This document shows positions 46,658 to 54,976 of a DNA stretch of 64,000 nucleotides, piece by piece; within the stretch, counting starts at the first letter, position 1, and every line of letters begins with the position of its first letter. The DNA comes from an uncultured Chloroflexia bacterium (GTDB lineage Bacteria; Chloroflexota; Dehalococcoidia; SM23-28-2), in NCBI GenBank assembly GCA_963701285.1, contig OY969584.1:2263709-2327708 (forward strand), given 5' to 3'. The notes beneath the pieces are model-generated. The model did not search any database. It worked only from the letters and a program-made list of their open reading frames with translations, and was not told the DNA's origin. The translations under genes and the position numbers were made by a program.

Positions 46658-47717
46658 CCCTCTGCGCGTCGGCATCCTCTTCGGCGGCCGCTCGGCCGAG
46701 CACGAGGTGTCGGTCGTCTCCGCCCAGGGCGTGATGGGCGCCATCGACCGCGATCGCTTCCTGGTGGCGCCCCTGGGCGTCACCAGAGACGGCGCCTGGC
46801 TCACCCCCGATGAGACCCAGGCCGCCCTGGACACCATCAAGGCCGAACGCATGGCCAGTCTCTCTGCTTCGCCGGCAGGCGGCGACATCCGGCCGCAGGT
46901 GCTGGACGCCTTGCGCGAGCTGGACGTAGTCTTCCCCCTGGTGCACGGCACCTTCGGCGAGGACGGCTCCCTCCAGGGCCTGCTGGAGATGCTGAACCTG
47001 CCCTACGTGGGCGCCGGCGTCGCCGGCAGCGCCGTGGGCATGGACAAGGCCCTCCAGCAGATGATCCTCCGCCAGGCGGGCCTGCCCGTCCCTCAGTCGC
47101 TGGTGGTGACCACCAGCCGCTGGCAGGAGGAGCGCTCGACTCTGTCTCATGAGGTCGAGAGGCAGGTGGGCTACCCCTGCTTCGTAAAGCCGGCCAACAG
47201 CGGCAGCAGCATCGGCACGTCCAAAGTGCGCTCGCGCGAGGACCTGGCCGGCGCTATGGCCGACGCCTTCCACCACGACCGCAAGGTCCTCGTCGAGCAG
47301 GCCATCGAGGGACGCCAGGTCGAGTGCAGCGTGCTGGGGAACGACCGACCGGAGGCGTCGCCCATCGGCGAGATCGCCTTCAGCCGCGAGTTCTATGATT
47401 ATGCGGCCAAGTATCAGGACTCGACCACCAGGCTCATCATCCCGGCGGAAATCCCGCCGGAGCTGACCCGTGCTCTGCAGGCCATGGCCATCGCCGTGTT
47501 CCAGGCGCTGGACTGCGCCGGCATGGGGCGAGTGGACTTCTTCCTGACCCCTGACGGTCAGCCCTACGTGAACGAGATCAATACCATCCCCGGCTTCACA
47601 CCCGTGAGCATGTATCCCAAGCTCTGGGAGGCCGCCGGTCTCTCCTACCGCGACCTCATCACGCGGCTCATAGAGCTGGGCCTGGAGCGCCACCAGCAGA
47701 GGCAGCACCTTGTCTAG
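46650..47717 (+). CDS. ddl: D-alanine--D-alanine ligase
   Basis: GTG at 46650 (VASPLRVGILFGGRSAEHEVS) followed by an ATP-grasp domain (CFVKPANSGSSIG, GMGRVDFFL, NEINTIPGFT). Confidence 0.85.
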   Translation: MASPLRVGILFGGRSAEHEVSVVSAQGVMGAIDRDRFLVAPLGVTRDGAWLTPDETQAALDTIKAERMASLSASPAGGDIRPQVLDALRELDVVFPLVHGTFGEDGSLQGLLEMLNLPYVGAGVAGSAVGMDKALQQMILRQAGLPVPQSLVVTTSRWQEERSTLSHEVERQVGYPCFVKPANSGSSIGTSKVRSREDLAGAMADAFHHDRKVLVEQAIEGRQVECSVLGNDRPEASPIGEIAFSREFYDYAAKYQDSTTRLIIPAEIPPELTRALQAMAIAVFQALDCAGMGRVDFFLTPDGQPYVNEINTIPGFTPVSMYPKLWEAAGLSYRDLITRLIELGLERHQQRQHLV

Positions 47718-48492
47718 CTACGACCGGCTGCCACCGCCCCGCCGACCCCTGCGCGGCCACGTCCTTCTAGACGAAGGCGAAGAGCCAGGCGGCCCCCACC
47801 TGTGGCGGCGCCTGCTCATCATCCCCCTGCTGGCCGTGCTGATCGGCGGCGTCATGGCCCTCTACTTCTCCCCTCTGCTGCGCGTGCAGCAGGTCGAGGT
47901 AGTGGGGACCAAGACCGTGGACGCCAATGCCCTCGCCCAGCTCTCCGGGCTCCGGGGCCGCAGCATGCTCACCACCCGCCTCTCGGAGGTGGAGGACAAG
48001 CTGGCCGCCCAGCCGATGATCAAACGCATCCAGGCCGAACGCATCTGGCCCGACACCGTTCGCTTGGTGGTGGAGGAGCGCGAGCCCTGGGGCTACTGGC
48101 ACACCCCCGACGGCGACTTCGTGGTGGACAGCGACGGCGTCGTCCTCGAGGGCGTATCACCCCCGACCGGGGGCCTCACCATCTATCAGGAGAACGGCGC
48201 CAAGACCTATAAGCCAGGCGATCGGGTGGACGCCGATGCCATTCGCCTGGCCAAGCAGCTCATGGACTATTCTGCCACCGCCCTGGACCTGACGGTGGAG
48301 CGCCTGCAATACGACGACAGCGAAGGTCTTTCTCTCGTCACCAATGCCGACTATCGCGTTGTCCTGGGCGACAGCCACAGCCTGGACTACAAGCTGGCCG
48401 TCTGGGAAGCACTGGAGCAGAGGTTGGGCCGCGAAAGTATCCGGGGGCACGTCCTGGATCTGAGATTCGGAGATAGGCCCTCCCTTCGCTGA
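47710..48492 (+). CDS. ftsQ: cell division protein FtsQ/DivIB (POTRA domain)
   Basis: Cytoplasmic N-terminus, one TM helix (LLIIPLLAVLIGGVMALYF) and a POTRA region (VQQVEVVGTKTVDANALAQ). Sits between ddl and ftsA. Confidence 0.8.
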   Translation: MSSYDRLPPPRRPLRGHVLLDEGEEPGGPHLWRRLLIIPLLAVLIGGVMALYFSPLLRVQQVEVVGTKTVDANALAQLSGLRGRSMLTTRLSEVEDKLAAQPMIKRIQAERIWPDTVRLVVEEREPWGYWHTPDGDFVVDSDGVVLEGVSPPTGGLTIYQENGAKTYKPGDRVDADAIRLAKQLMDYSATALDLTVERLQYDDSEGLSLVTNADYRVVLGDSHSLDYKLAVWEALEQRLGRESIRGHVLDLRFGDRPSLR

Positions 48493-48507
48493 AGGGGGAG
48501 GTGGGAG

Positions 48508-49755
48508 ATGTATCGCAACGGCACTCTGGCAGCGATAGATGTAGGGAGCACCAAGGTCTGCACCCTGGTCGGCGAGCTCACCCCCGAGGGGGAGATGCGC
48601 ATCGTGGGGGTAGGCATCGCTCCCACCGGCGGCATCAAGAAGGGGATGGTGGACAACATCCAGCAGGCCACCGAGTCCATCCTCAACTCCTTGGAGAAAG
48701 CCGAGCGCTCCAGCGGCACTCGCATCGTCTCCGCCCGGGTGAGCATCGGCGGCGGCCACGTCAGCGCCATCATCAATCGCGCCGTGGTGGCCATCCCCGG
48801 CCGCAATCGGCCCATCGGTCCCGAAGACGTGGCCCGCGTGCTGGAGGCTGCCGGCGGCATGAGCATCCCCAGTGACCGCCAAGTGCTGCACGTGATCCCC
48901 CGCTACTTCGTGGTGGACAGCCAGGACCACGTCAGCGACCCTGTGGGCATGTTCGGCCAGCGCCTGGACGTAGAGACCCTGGTCATCACCGGCGCCGTCA
49001 ACGCCATCCAGAACCTCACCAAGTGCGTCGAGGGCGCCGGCGTGCAGGTAGAGGACCTGGTGGTCAGCGGCATGGCCAGCGCCGAGGCCGTGCTGGAGCC
49101 CGAGGAGAAGGAGCAAGGCGTGGTGCTGGCTGACATCGGTGGTGGCACCACCGATGTCGCTCTCTTCACCGAAGGTAGCGTCTATCACCTCGGCGTCCTC
49201 CCCGTCGGCGGCTACCACCTGACCCACGACCTGGTGGCCGGCCTGCGCGCCCCCTTCAGCACCGCCGACGAGGCCAAGACCGCCTACGGCCACGCCATCC
49301 CCAGCACCATCGACGCCGAGGAGCTGGTGGAGATCGATGCCTTCGGCAACGAGCGCCGCCGGACCGTCTCCCGCCGCCGCCTGTCGGAGATCCTCCAGGC
49401 CCGCGTCGAGGAGATCCTGGAGATGGTCTACATGGATGTCCGCCGCGCCGGCACCGACGACATGCTGGCCGCCGGCCTCGTGCTCAGCGGCGGCAGCGCC
49501 AACCTGCCCGGTATCGATACCCTGGCCGAGCAGGTTCTGCGCATGCCGGCCCGCATCGGCGTGCCGCGCGGCATCCACGGCCTCTCCGACATCCTGGCCA
49601 ACCCGTCCTACGCCACAGCCGTCGGCCTGCTGCACTGGGCCCTCCGCGACCAACCGGCCAACGGCCGCAAGCACCGCGAGAAGAAGCTGCCCGGAGCCCG
49701 CAGCGACTGGCTGGGCACCATCGGCCGCTGGCTGAGATTCCTGCTGCCTCAATAG
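48508..49755 (+). CDS. ftsA: cell division protein FtsA
   Basis: Actin-like ATPase motifs (LAAIDVGSTKVCTLVGE, DIGGGTTDVALF). 415 aa. Lies immediately upstream of ftsZ. Confidence 0.9.
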   Translation: MYRNGTLAAIDVGSTKVCTLVGELTPEGEMRIVGVGIAPTGGIKKGMVDNIQQATESILNSLEKAERSSGTRIVSARVSIGGGHVSAIINRAVVAIPGRNRPIGPEDVARVLEAAGGMSIPSDRQVLHVIPRYFVVDSQDHVSDPVGMFGQRLDVETLVITGAVNAIQNLTKCVEGAGVQVEDLVVSGMASAEAVLEPEEKEQGVVLADIGGGTTDVALFTEGSVYHLGVLPVGGYHLTHDLVAGLRAPFSTADEAKTAYGHAIPSTIDAEELVEIDAFGNERRRTVSRRRLSEILQARVEEILEMVYMDVRRAGTDDMLAAGLVLSGGSANLPGIDTLAEQVLRMPARIGVPRGIHGLSDILANPSYATAVGLLHWALRDQPANGRKHREKKLPGARSDWLGTIGRWLRFLLPQ

Positions 49756-49779
49756 GGAATTTGAACTGACCGAGAGACG

Positions 49780-50883
49780 ATGAGAAGCATTCGGGGAAAG
49801 GAGGTCAAGGTGGCCAGCAAGATCCCGCCAGAAGGACTGCCGCCCATCAAGGTGGTGGGGGTGGGCGGCGCCGGCTGCAACGCCATCAACCGCATGATCG
49901 AGGCGCGCGTGACCGGCGTCCAGTTCGTGGGTGTCAACACCGACTCCCAGGCCTTGCTGTTCTGCGAGGCCGAGACGCGCCTGCGCATCGGCGAGCGCCT
50001 CACGCGCGGCCTGGGCGTCGGCGCCGATGCTCAACAAGGCCAGCGTGCCGCCGACGAGAGCCGCGACGAGATCCTGGAGGCCGTCAAGGGCGCCGACATG
50101 GTGTTCATCACTGCCGGCATGGGCGGCGGCACGGGCACCGGCGCCGCCCCGGTGGTCGCCGAGGCCGCTAAGGAGAGCGGCGCCCTCACGGTGGCCGTGG
50201 TTACCCGCCCCTTCGCCTTCGAGGGCTCACGCCGCCGCATCCAGGCCGAAGACGGTATCTCCCAGCTCCGCGACCGCGTGGATACCCTCATCGTTATCCC
50301 CAACGACCGCCTGCTGGCCATCTGCGACCAGAAGACATCCATCGCCGAGGCCTTCCGTGTGGCCGACGACGTCCTTCGCCAGGGCATTCAGGGCATCTCC
50401 GAGCTCATCACCGTCCCGGGCGACATCAACCTGGACTTCGCCGACGTGCGCCGCATCATGCACGACGCCGGCCCGGCTCTCATGGCCATCGGCCGCGGCT
50501 CCGGCGACAACCGCGCGGTGGAGGCGGCCCGCGCCGCTATCACCAGCCCCCTCCTGGACGTGAGCATCCACGGCGCCCGCGGGGTGCTCTTCAACTTCAC
50601 CGGCTCCTCCAACCTGGGGCTGCACGAGCTGAACATGGCCGCCCAGGTCATCGCCGAAGTGGTCGACCCGGACGCGGAGATCATCTTTGGCACCGCCACC
50701 GACCCGAACATGGGCGACGAAGTGAAGATGACCCTTATCGCCGTAGGCTTCTCTACCCCGGAGGTGCTCGAGCAGACGACCCGCGAGGAGCGTCTGCGCC
50801 AGATTCGCGTCGAGTCCCTCCAGCAGGGCATTTCGGACACAGAGCTACCGACTTTTTTGCGCCGCCCGGTGGTCCACCGCTAA
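49780..50883 (+). CDS. ftsZ: cell division protein FtsZ
   Basis: Tubulin signature [13 protein letters not shown], plus [17 protein letters not shown] and NLDFADV motifs. Confidence 0.95.
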   Translation: MRSIRGKEVKVASKIPPEGLPPIKVVGVGGAGCNAINRMIEARVTGVQFVGVNTDSQALLFCEAETRLRIGERLTRGLGVGADAQQGQRAADESRDEILEAVKGADMVFITAGMGGGTGTGAAPVVAEAAKESGALTVAVVTRPFAFEGSRRRIQAEDGISQLRDRVDTLIVIPNDRLLAICDQKTSIAEAFRVADDVLRQGIQGISELITVPGDINLDFADVRRIMHDAGPALMAIGRGSGDNRAVEAARAAITSPLLDVSIHGARGVLFNFTGSSNLGLHELNMAAQVIAEVVDPDAEIIFGTATDPNMGDEVKMTLIAVGFSTPEVLEQTTREERLRQIRVESLQQGISDTELPTFLRRPVVHR

Positions 50884-50994
50884 GGGGGAACGGCTCACCG
50901 GGCGTTCGTCACTGACAGTATCTGGCTTCTTGCCACCAACCCCCTCCCCAGCAGCGGGCCTGTGGCCAGGACAGGCCCGCTGCCGTTTTCCGCC

Positions 50995-51124
50995 GATCGA
51001 GGTGCTCGTGGTGAGCTTGTCGAACCGTGAGCGCGGGATGGCGGCCGCCCTCGCCCGCTCGCCCTTCGACAGGCTCGGGGTGAGCGGGCAAGGTAGGGGC
51101 GCTCGGCCAAGCGCCCCTACCTTG
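50995..51124. repeat. composite inverted-repeat intergenic element, copy 4, plus an adjacent GC-rich hairpin
   Basis: gctcgtggtgagcttgtcgaaccgtgagcg ... ccttcgacaggctcggggtgagcggg, followed by ggtaggggcgct-cggccaa-gcgcccctacc (an 11-bp perfect stem at 51091-51124) after ftsZ. Confidence 0.8.
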
Positions 51125-51190
51125 CCCCCACGTTCTCGACAGACTATCGTGAGACTGAAGCCGCAGGCAGTTCCAGGGAGGAGGCACGCC

Positions 51191-52372
51191 GTGGGCGCCA
51201 ACGTCGACTACCGCGGTCGCCTGGCCAAGATCCAGGGCCGCATGGACGACCAGGGCCTCGATGCCCTCGTCGCCACCCGCCTGAGCACCGTGGGCTACGT
51301 CTTCGGCGGGTTCGTTCCCTGGCGCAGCGTGGCCATCATCCCCCGCCAGGGCGAGCCGGAGCTGTACGTCGTCGGCCTCGACGCCGAACGTCTGAAGGAC
51401 GACTGCTTCTTCAAGAACGTCAACCTGACGGCGCCCTTCCCCGGCATGACGATCTGGGACCAGGCCCTCTCCTACCTACGAGCGCGCGGGCTGGAGAACG
51501 GCGCCATCGGCGTGGAGCTGGGCCATTCGCCCATCCGCATCGAGACCTTCCTCCTGGCCAGCGAGCAGGAACTCCTGCGCGGCGCCTTCCCGGAGGCCTC
51601 CTTAGTCAGTGCCACCGACCTCATGAACGACCTCTTCCTCATCAAGGACGAGGCGGAGATCGAGTCCTTCCGGCGCGCGGCCGAGATCTGCGACCTGGGC
51701 ATGGCCGCGGTCCTCAAGGAGCTGCGGGTAGGGATGACCGAGACCGAGGTGGCCGGCGTCGCCGAGCATGCCATGCGCGCCGCCGGCAGCGAGCTCAACT
51801 GGACATTCACCGGCGGCCAGGAGATCGCCTCCGGCTATCGCACCGCCTACAACTGGGGCGGCTGCACTCCGCCCAGCCACAAGCGCATCCAGCGCGGCGA
51901 CAATGTCGTCCTCGACTTGCACGCCATGTACAACCTGTACCTGGGCGACCTCTCCCACAACGCCATCGTAGGTCAACCCTCGCCTGCCCAGAAAGAGCTC
52001 GCCGACATCTTTGTGGCCGCCGGATGCCTGGTCGTGGACAGCCTGCGCCCCGGCGTCACCTACGGCGAGGTGGCCCAGAAGGTGGAGGCCTTCCTGGACA
52101 AGACCGGCTACCGTCAGTACGCCATGCCCGGCTACGGCCATGGCATCGGCATCGTCGGCAACGAGTGGTATCCGCTCATCGTCAACTCCAGCGTCCCCTG
52201 CGAGTCGAACGCGAGCCTTGTCCTCCAGCCTAACATGGTCGAGATCGCCGCCATCGTCCTCAACAAGCCGGGCGTGGGCGGCATGCGGATGGAGATGCCC
52301 GTCCTCATAACGCCGGACGGCAACGAGCCCCTGAACAAGACCCCGATCGAGCCCACGGTGATCGTGGTGTAG
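51191..52372 (+). CDS. M24 family metallopeptidase (Xaa-Pro aminopeptidase / creatinase-like)
   Basis: GTG start after the repeat element. Creatinase-like N-domain and a pita-bread fold with metal ligands (DLHAMYNLYLGDLSHN, GYGHGIGI, EMP). The track ORF from 50930 reads through the repeat. Confidence 0.75.
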   Translation: MGANVDYRGRLAKIQGRMDDQGLDALVATRLSTVGYVFGGFVPWRSVAIIPRQGEPELYVVGLDAERLKDDCFFKNVNLTAPFPGMTIWDQALSYLRARGLENGAIGVELGHSPIRIETFLLASEQELLRGAFPEASLVSATDLMNDLFLIKDEAEIESFRRAAEICDLGMAAVLKELRVGMTETEVAGVAEHAMRAAGSELNWTFTGGQEIASGYRTAYNWGGCTPPSHKRIQRGDNVVLDLHAMYNLYLGDLSHNAIVGQPSPAQKELADIFVAAGCLVVDSLRPGVTYGEVAQKVEAFLDKTGYRQYAMPGYGHGIGIVGNEWYPLIVNSSVPCESNASLVLQPNMVEIAAIVLNKPGVGGMRMEMPVLITPDGNEPLNKTPIEPTVIVV

Positions 52373-52380
52373 TCCCCACC

Positions 52381-52455
52381 CGCTCGTCCTTCGACGGGCT
52401 GAGGATGAGCGGGAGTCACGGGCGGCTCATGGTGCGCTCGTCGAACCATGAGCCG
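52381..52455. repeat. composite inverted-repeat intergenic element, copy 5
   Basis: ccttcgacgggctgaggatgagcgg ... gctcatggtgcgctcgtcgaaccatgagc. Confidence 0.8.
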
Positions 52456-52771
52456 GGCCTCCACAAGCGTGCCGCACCGGCGGCTGCACGGCCCTCACTG
52501 GCCCCCCACCGTCAGCCGGAAGTCGCGCGAACCCGACCAGCCGCTCACGACGCCACCCTCGAGGGTCGCGTTCCAGCTAAGGGTAACGGTACCCCCAGAG
52601 GGGCGCTGCTCACACTACACCGAGGTGCGGCTGCTCAAGACACCGGGCACTCTGGGGACGCAGCCCGGCCCCGGTTCAGCCCAAGATGGAGTACCGCGGG
52701 CGAATGGCGGGACCGGGGTGGTTCTTCGTCAGACGAGGACTGATCCGGCCAGCGGTATCTTTGCGGCCCGA

Positions 52772-53110
52772 TCAGCGCCGAACGGGGAGCGGTTGCTTCA
52801 CTTTCTTGGCCTGAACCGCTCTCAGAATCCGCACACCGGCTCTCTCGATGTCCTCCGCGTTCATCACTGGGACAATGTTAACGTTGGCCTTCATGTCCAG
52901 CCTTAGGGGCTCAGCGATCTCCGGCAGTTGCTCGGGCCTTTCTATGCTCAGAAACAAGTAGACGGTCCTCTGACCGTTGGCCGCGAAGAAGTAGACGCTC
53001 TCTGGCTCCACATCGCCCAGGTATCTCTGGATCTCCGGGAACAGGGAGCCGTCTAGAATGGCCGCATTCCCTACCTGGACGGGCATCTCAACCTGGACTA
53101 GAAGCCGCAT
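52772..53110 (-). CDS. hypothetical small alpha+beta protein (DUF3303-like or dimeric alpha/beta-barrel-like; family assignment uncertain)
   Basis: The ATG at 53110 gives MRLLVQVEMPVQVGNAAILDGSLFPEIQRYLG... (112 aa). GC is lower than the flanks. The longer 140-aa track ORF has an implausible N-terminus. Confidence 0.45.
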   Translation of the reverse strand: MRLLVQVEMPVQVGNAAILDGSLFPEIQRYLGDVEPESVYFFAANGQRTVYLFLSIERPEQLPEIAEPLRLDMKANVNIVPVMNAEDIERAGVRILRAVQAKKVKQPLPVRR

Positions 53111-53190
53111 GTCAGTCTCCTCTTCGCTTCTCCAAACAAGATACGCGGGACGCGGTCGTCTGGATTGGGTAGCCGAGCACCGAATTCTAG

Positions 53191-53243
53191 ACACAACATC
53201 TTGGGCCTAGACCCTTGACAAACCCAACATCTTGTGCTATCTT
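53191..53243 (+). promoter_or_regulatory. nrdR promoter (TTGACA-17-TATCTT) overlapped by two tandem NrdR-box-like palindromes
   Basis: acacaacatcttgggc at 53191-53206 and cccaacatcttgtgct at 53223-53238, with centres 32 bp apart as is typical for NrdR box pairs. TTGACA is at 53215-53220 and TATCTT at 53238-53243. Confidence 0.5.
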
Positions 53244-53293
53244 AACCTTCGCCCCCTCTGGGGCGACCGGACTGCTGGTTCCAAATTCTGTCC

Positions 53294-53923
53294 ATGAACT
53301 GCCCTTACTGTGGCTCCGAGGACTCCAAGGTCATAGACTCCCGCGCCAGCGAGGGCGGCATCCGCCGCCGCCGCCAGTGCCTGGCCTGCGGCCAGCGCTT
53401 CTCCACCATCGAGCGCACGGAGCTGGGCGTCCTCCTCGTCGCCAAGAAGGACGGCCGCCGCGAGGAGTTCTCCCGCGACAAGATCCTCCTCGGCGTCCGC
53501 CGGGCCTGCGAGAAGCGCCCCATCCCCCTCGGCGCGATTGAGGCCCTGGTGGACGACGTCGAGGCCCGCGTCCACGCCCTGGGCAAGGCCGAGGTGCCCA
53601 CCCGCTTCATCGGCGAGCTGGTCATGGAGCGCCTGCGCGAGCTGGACGACGTCGCCTACATCCGCTTCGCCAGCGTCTACCGCGCCTTCCGCGACGTAGA
53701 GGACCTGAAGGAGGAGCTGGCCGCCCTGGAGCGAGGCCGCACGCCGGCCACCTCCAGCCAGCAGCTGCCGCTGCTGCCCACCGAGGCCCTGGAGGGCGCG
53801 ACGCCCCGTCGACCGCGCCGACCGCGCCTTCGGGCGGTGCCGGGGATCCGCGAGCAAGAACCGAGAAGCAGCAGGTCAGCGCAGGAGACGAAAACGCAAG
53901 CGAGAACGGCCAAGGGAGCCTAG
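53294..53923 (+). CDS. nrdR: transcriptional repressor NrdR with an extended basic C-terminal tail
   Basis: MNCPYCGSEDSKVIDSR...CLACGQRFST zinc ribbon plus an ATP-cone (KKDGRREEFSRDKIL). It is 209 aa against the usual 150 or so; the extra 60 aa are Pro/Arg/Ser-rich. Confidence 0.9.
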   Translation: MNCPYCGSEDSKVIDSRASEGGIRRRRQCLACGQRFSTIERTELGVLLVAKKDGRREEFSRDKILLGVRRACEKRPIPLGAIEALVDDVEARVHALGKAEVPTRFIGELVMERLRELDDVAYIRFASVYRAFRDVEDLKEELAALERGRTPATSSQQLPLLPTEALEGATPRRPRRPRLRAVPGIREQEPRSSRSAQETKTQARTAKGA

Positions 53924-53949
53924 ATCGGACTGGGAAAGGAGACAGGTAG

Positions 53950-54108
53950 ATGGCCCGAAAGGTAACTAGTCCACGAGCAGCGAGCGCTGCCTCCAAGGTA
54001 CTCAGGAGTAAAAGCACAGGCGGCAAATCCAAGACTGCGGCCGGCAGCGCTCTGAGCCAGCGCGAGAAGCCAAAGGCCCCGCCCGCGAAGAGGCAAGCCA
54101 AAGGGTAG
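53950..54108 (+). CDS. small basic Lys/Ala/Ser-rich protein (52 aa), putative
   Basis: AGGAG RBS 9 nt upstream of the ATG. Sequence MARKVTSPRAASAASKVLRSKSTGGKSKTAAGSALSQREKPKAPPAKRQAKG. Absent from the 60-aa-or-longer ORF track. Confidence 0.35.
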   Translation: MARKVTSPRAASAASKVLRSKSTGGKSKTAAGSALSQREKPKAPPAKRQAKG

Positions 54109-54128
54109 ACGGAGGAGGTGAGACAAGG

Positions 54129-54347
54129 ATGCCAAGCCAGCACGTAGTGCCCCACGACGGCAAGTGGGCTGTGCGAGCCGAGGGCGCTGAACGAGCTACT
54201 TCAGTCCACGACACCCAGCGTGAGGCCATCGATGCGGCGCGCGAAATAGCGCGCAGACAAGGCACGGAACTGCTGATACACGGGGAGGACGGCAAGATCC
54301 GCGCGCGGGACAGCTACGGGCATGACCCGTTCCCTCCGAGGGGCTGA
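54129..54347 (+). CDS. DUF2188 family protein
   Basis: 72-aa ORF with a GGAGG RBS. The pattern HVVPHDGKWAVRAEGAERATSVHDTQREAIDAAREIARRQGTELLIHGEDGKIRARDSYGHDPFPP matches DUF2188. Confidence 0.7.
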   Translation: MPSQHVVPHDGKWAVRAEGAERATSVHDTQREAIDAAREIARRQGTELLIHGEDGKIRARDSYGHDPFPPRG

Positions 54348-54503
54348 GAACGCAGGAGAGCGCACCAGCCAACGGCAGTGCCCGGCGAGGGCAGTGTCGC
54401 GATGGACGACCGAATGAGATACGAACGATAGGGGGGCGGCACGTGAGTGAAACAGCCGCGATGCTTGGGACGCAACCAGGCCGCCCTGTGATGGGAGGAT
54501 GAC

Positions 54504-54962
54504 ATGACGCAGCACTCAATCTCAGACCGGCTCGGCACTTTGATGAGACAGCGAAGCCTGAGCGTGGGGGCACTAGCGGAATCGACGGACGTTCCGGAGC
54601 TCACGATCGACGCCATCCTTGACGGGAGCATCGCCAAGCCCCCGCCTTACGTCGTGAGCTTCCTCGCGGGGGCGCTCGGCGTGTCAACTGTCTGGCTGGC
54701 GAAGGGTGTCGATCCAAAGAGGGACCAAACGGTTCGCGCCGACGTCGACGAGTGGCGCTACGAGTCCGCAGATCAATATCGGCACTTCTGCGAAGACCAT
54801 CATATCCACTGGAAGGACATCCGGGTGCTCTGGGAATTCGCCTTTGGCCGAGCCAGCGCGCGAGGGAAGGCCATCTCGTACAATGCGTGGAGCGTACTCT
54901 ACCGGGAGTGCTTTCGGCGCGGACCGGAGCAGCGACCACGCTCTCTGTTCACCAGCGTCTAG
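54504..54962 (+). CDS. XRE-family HTH transcriptional regulator with a C-terminal extension (DdrO/ImmR-like)
   Basis: HTH_XRE at the N-terminus (RLGTLMRQRSLSVGALAESTDVPELTIDAILDG) plus a roughly 80-aa C-terminal domain. GGGAGG RBS. It lies immediately upstream of a COG2856 metallopeptidase gene. Confidence 0.7.
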   Translation: MTQHSISDRLGTLMRQRSLSVGALAESTDVPELTIDAILDGSIAKPPPYVVSFLAGALGVSTVWLAKGVDPKRDQTVRADVDEWRYESADQYRHFCEDHHIHWKDIRVLWEFAFGRASARGKAISYNAWSVLYRECFRRGPEQRPRSLFTSV

Positions 54963-54976
54963 TAGATAGGTGGGCA

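Noticed and set aside
54436-54450. CACGTG-containing sequences upstream of the XRE gene, recA (63806) and the GGDEF gene (59552), as a possible shared DdrO/RDRM-like operator.
   Set aside because: Only the 6-bp core is shared. The flanks do not align. CACGTG is expected about 15-20 times by chance in 64 kb of this composition.
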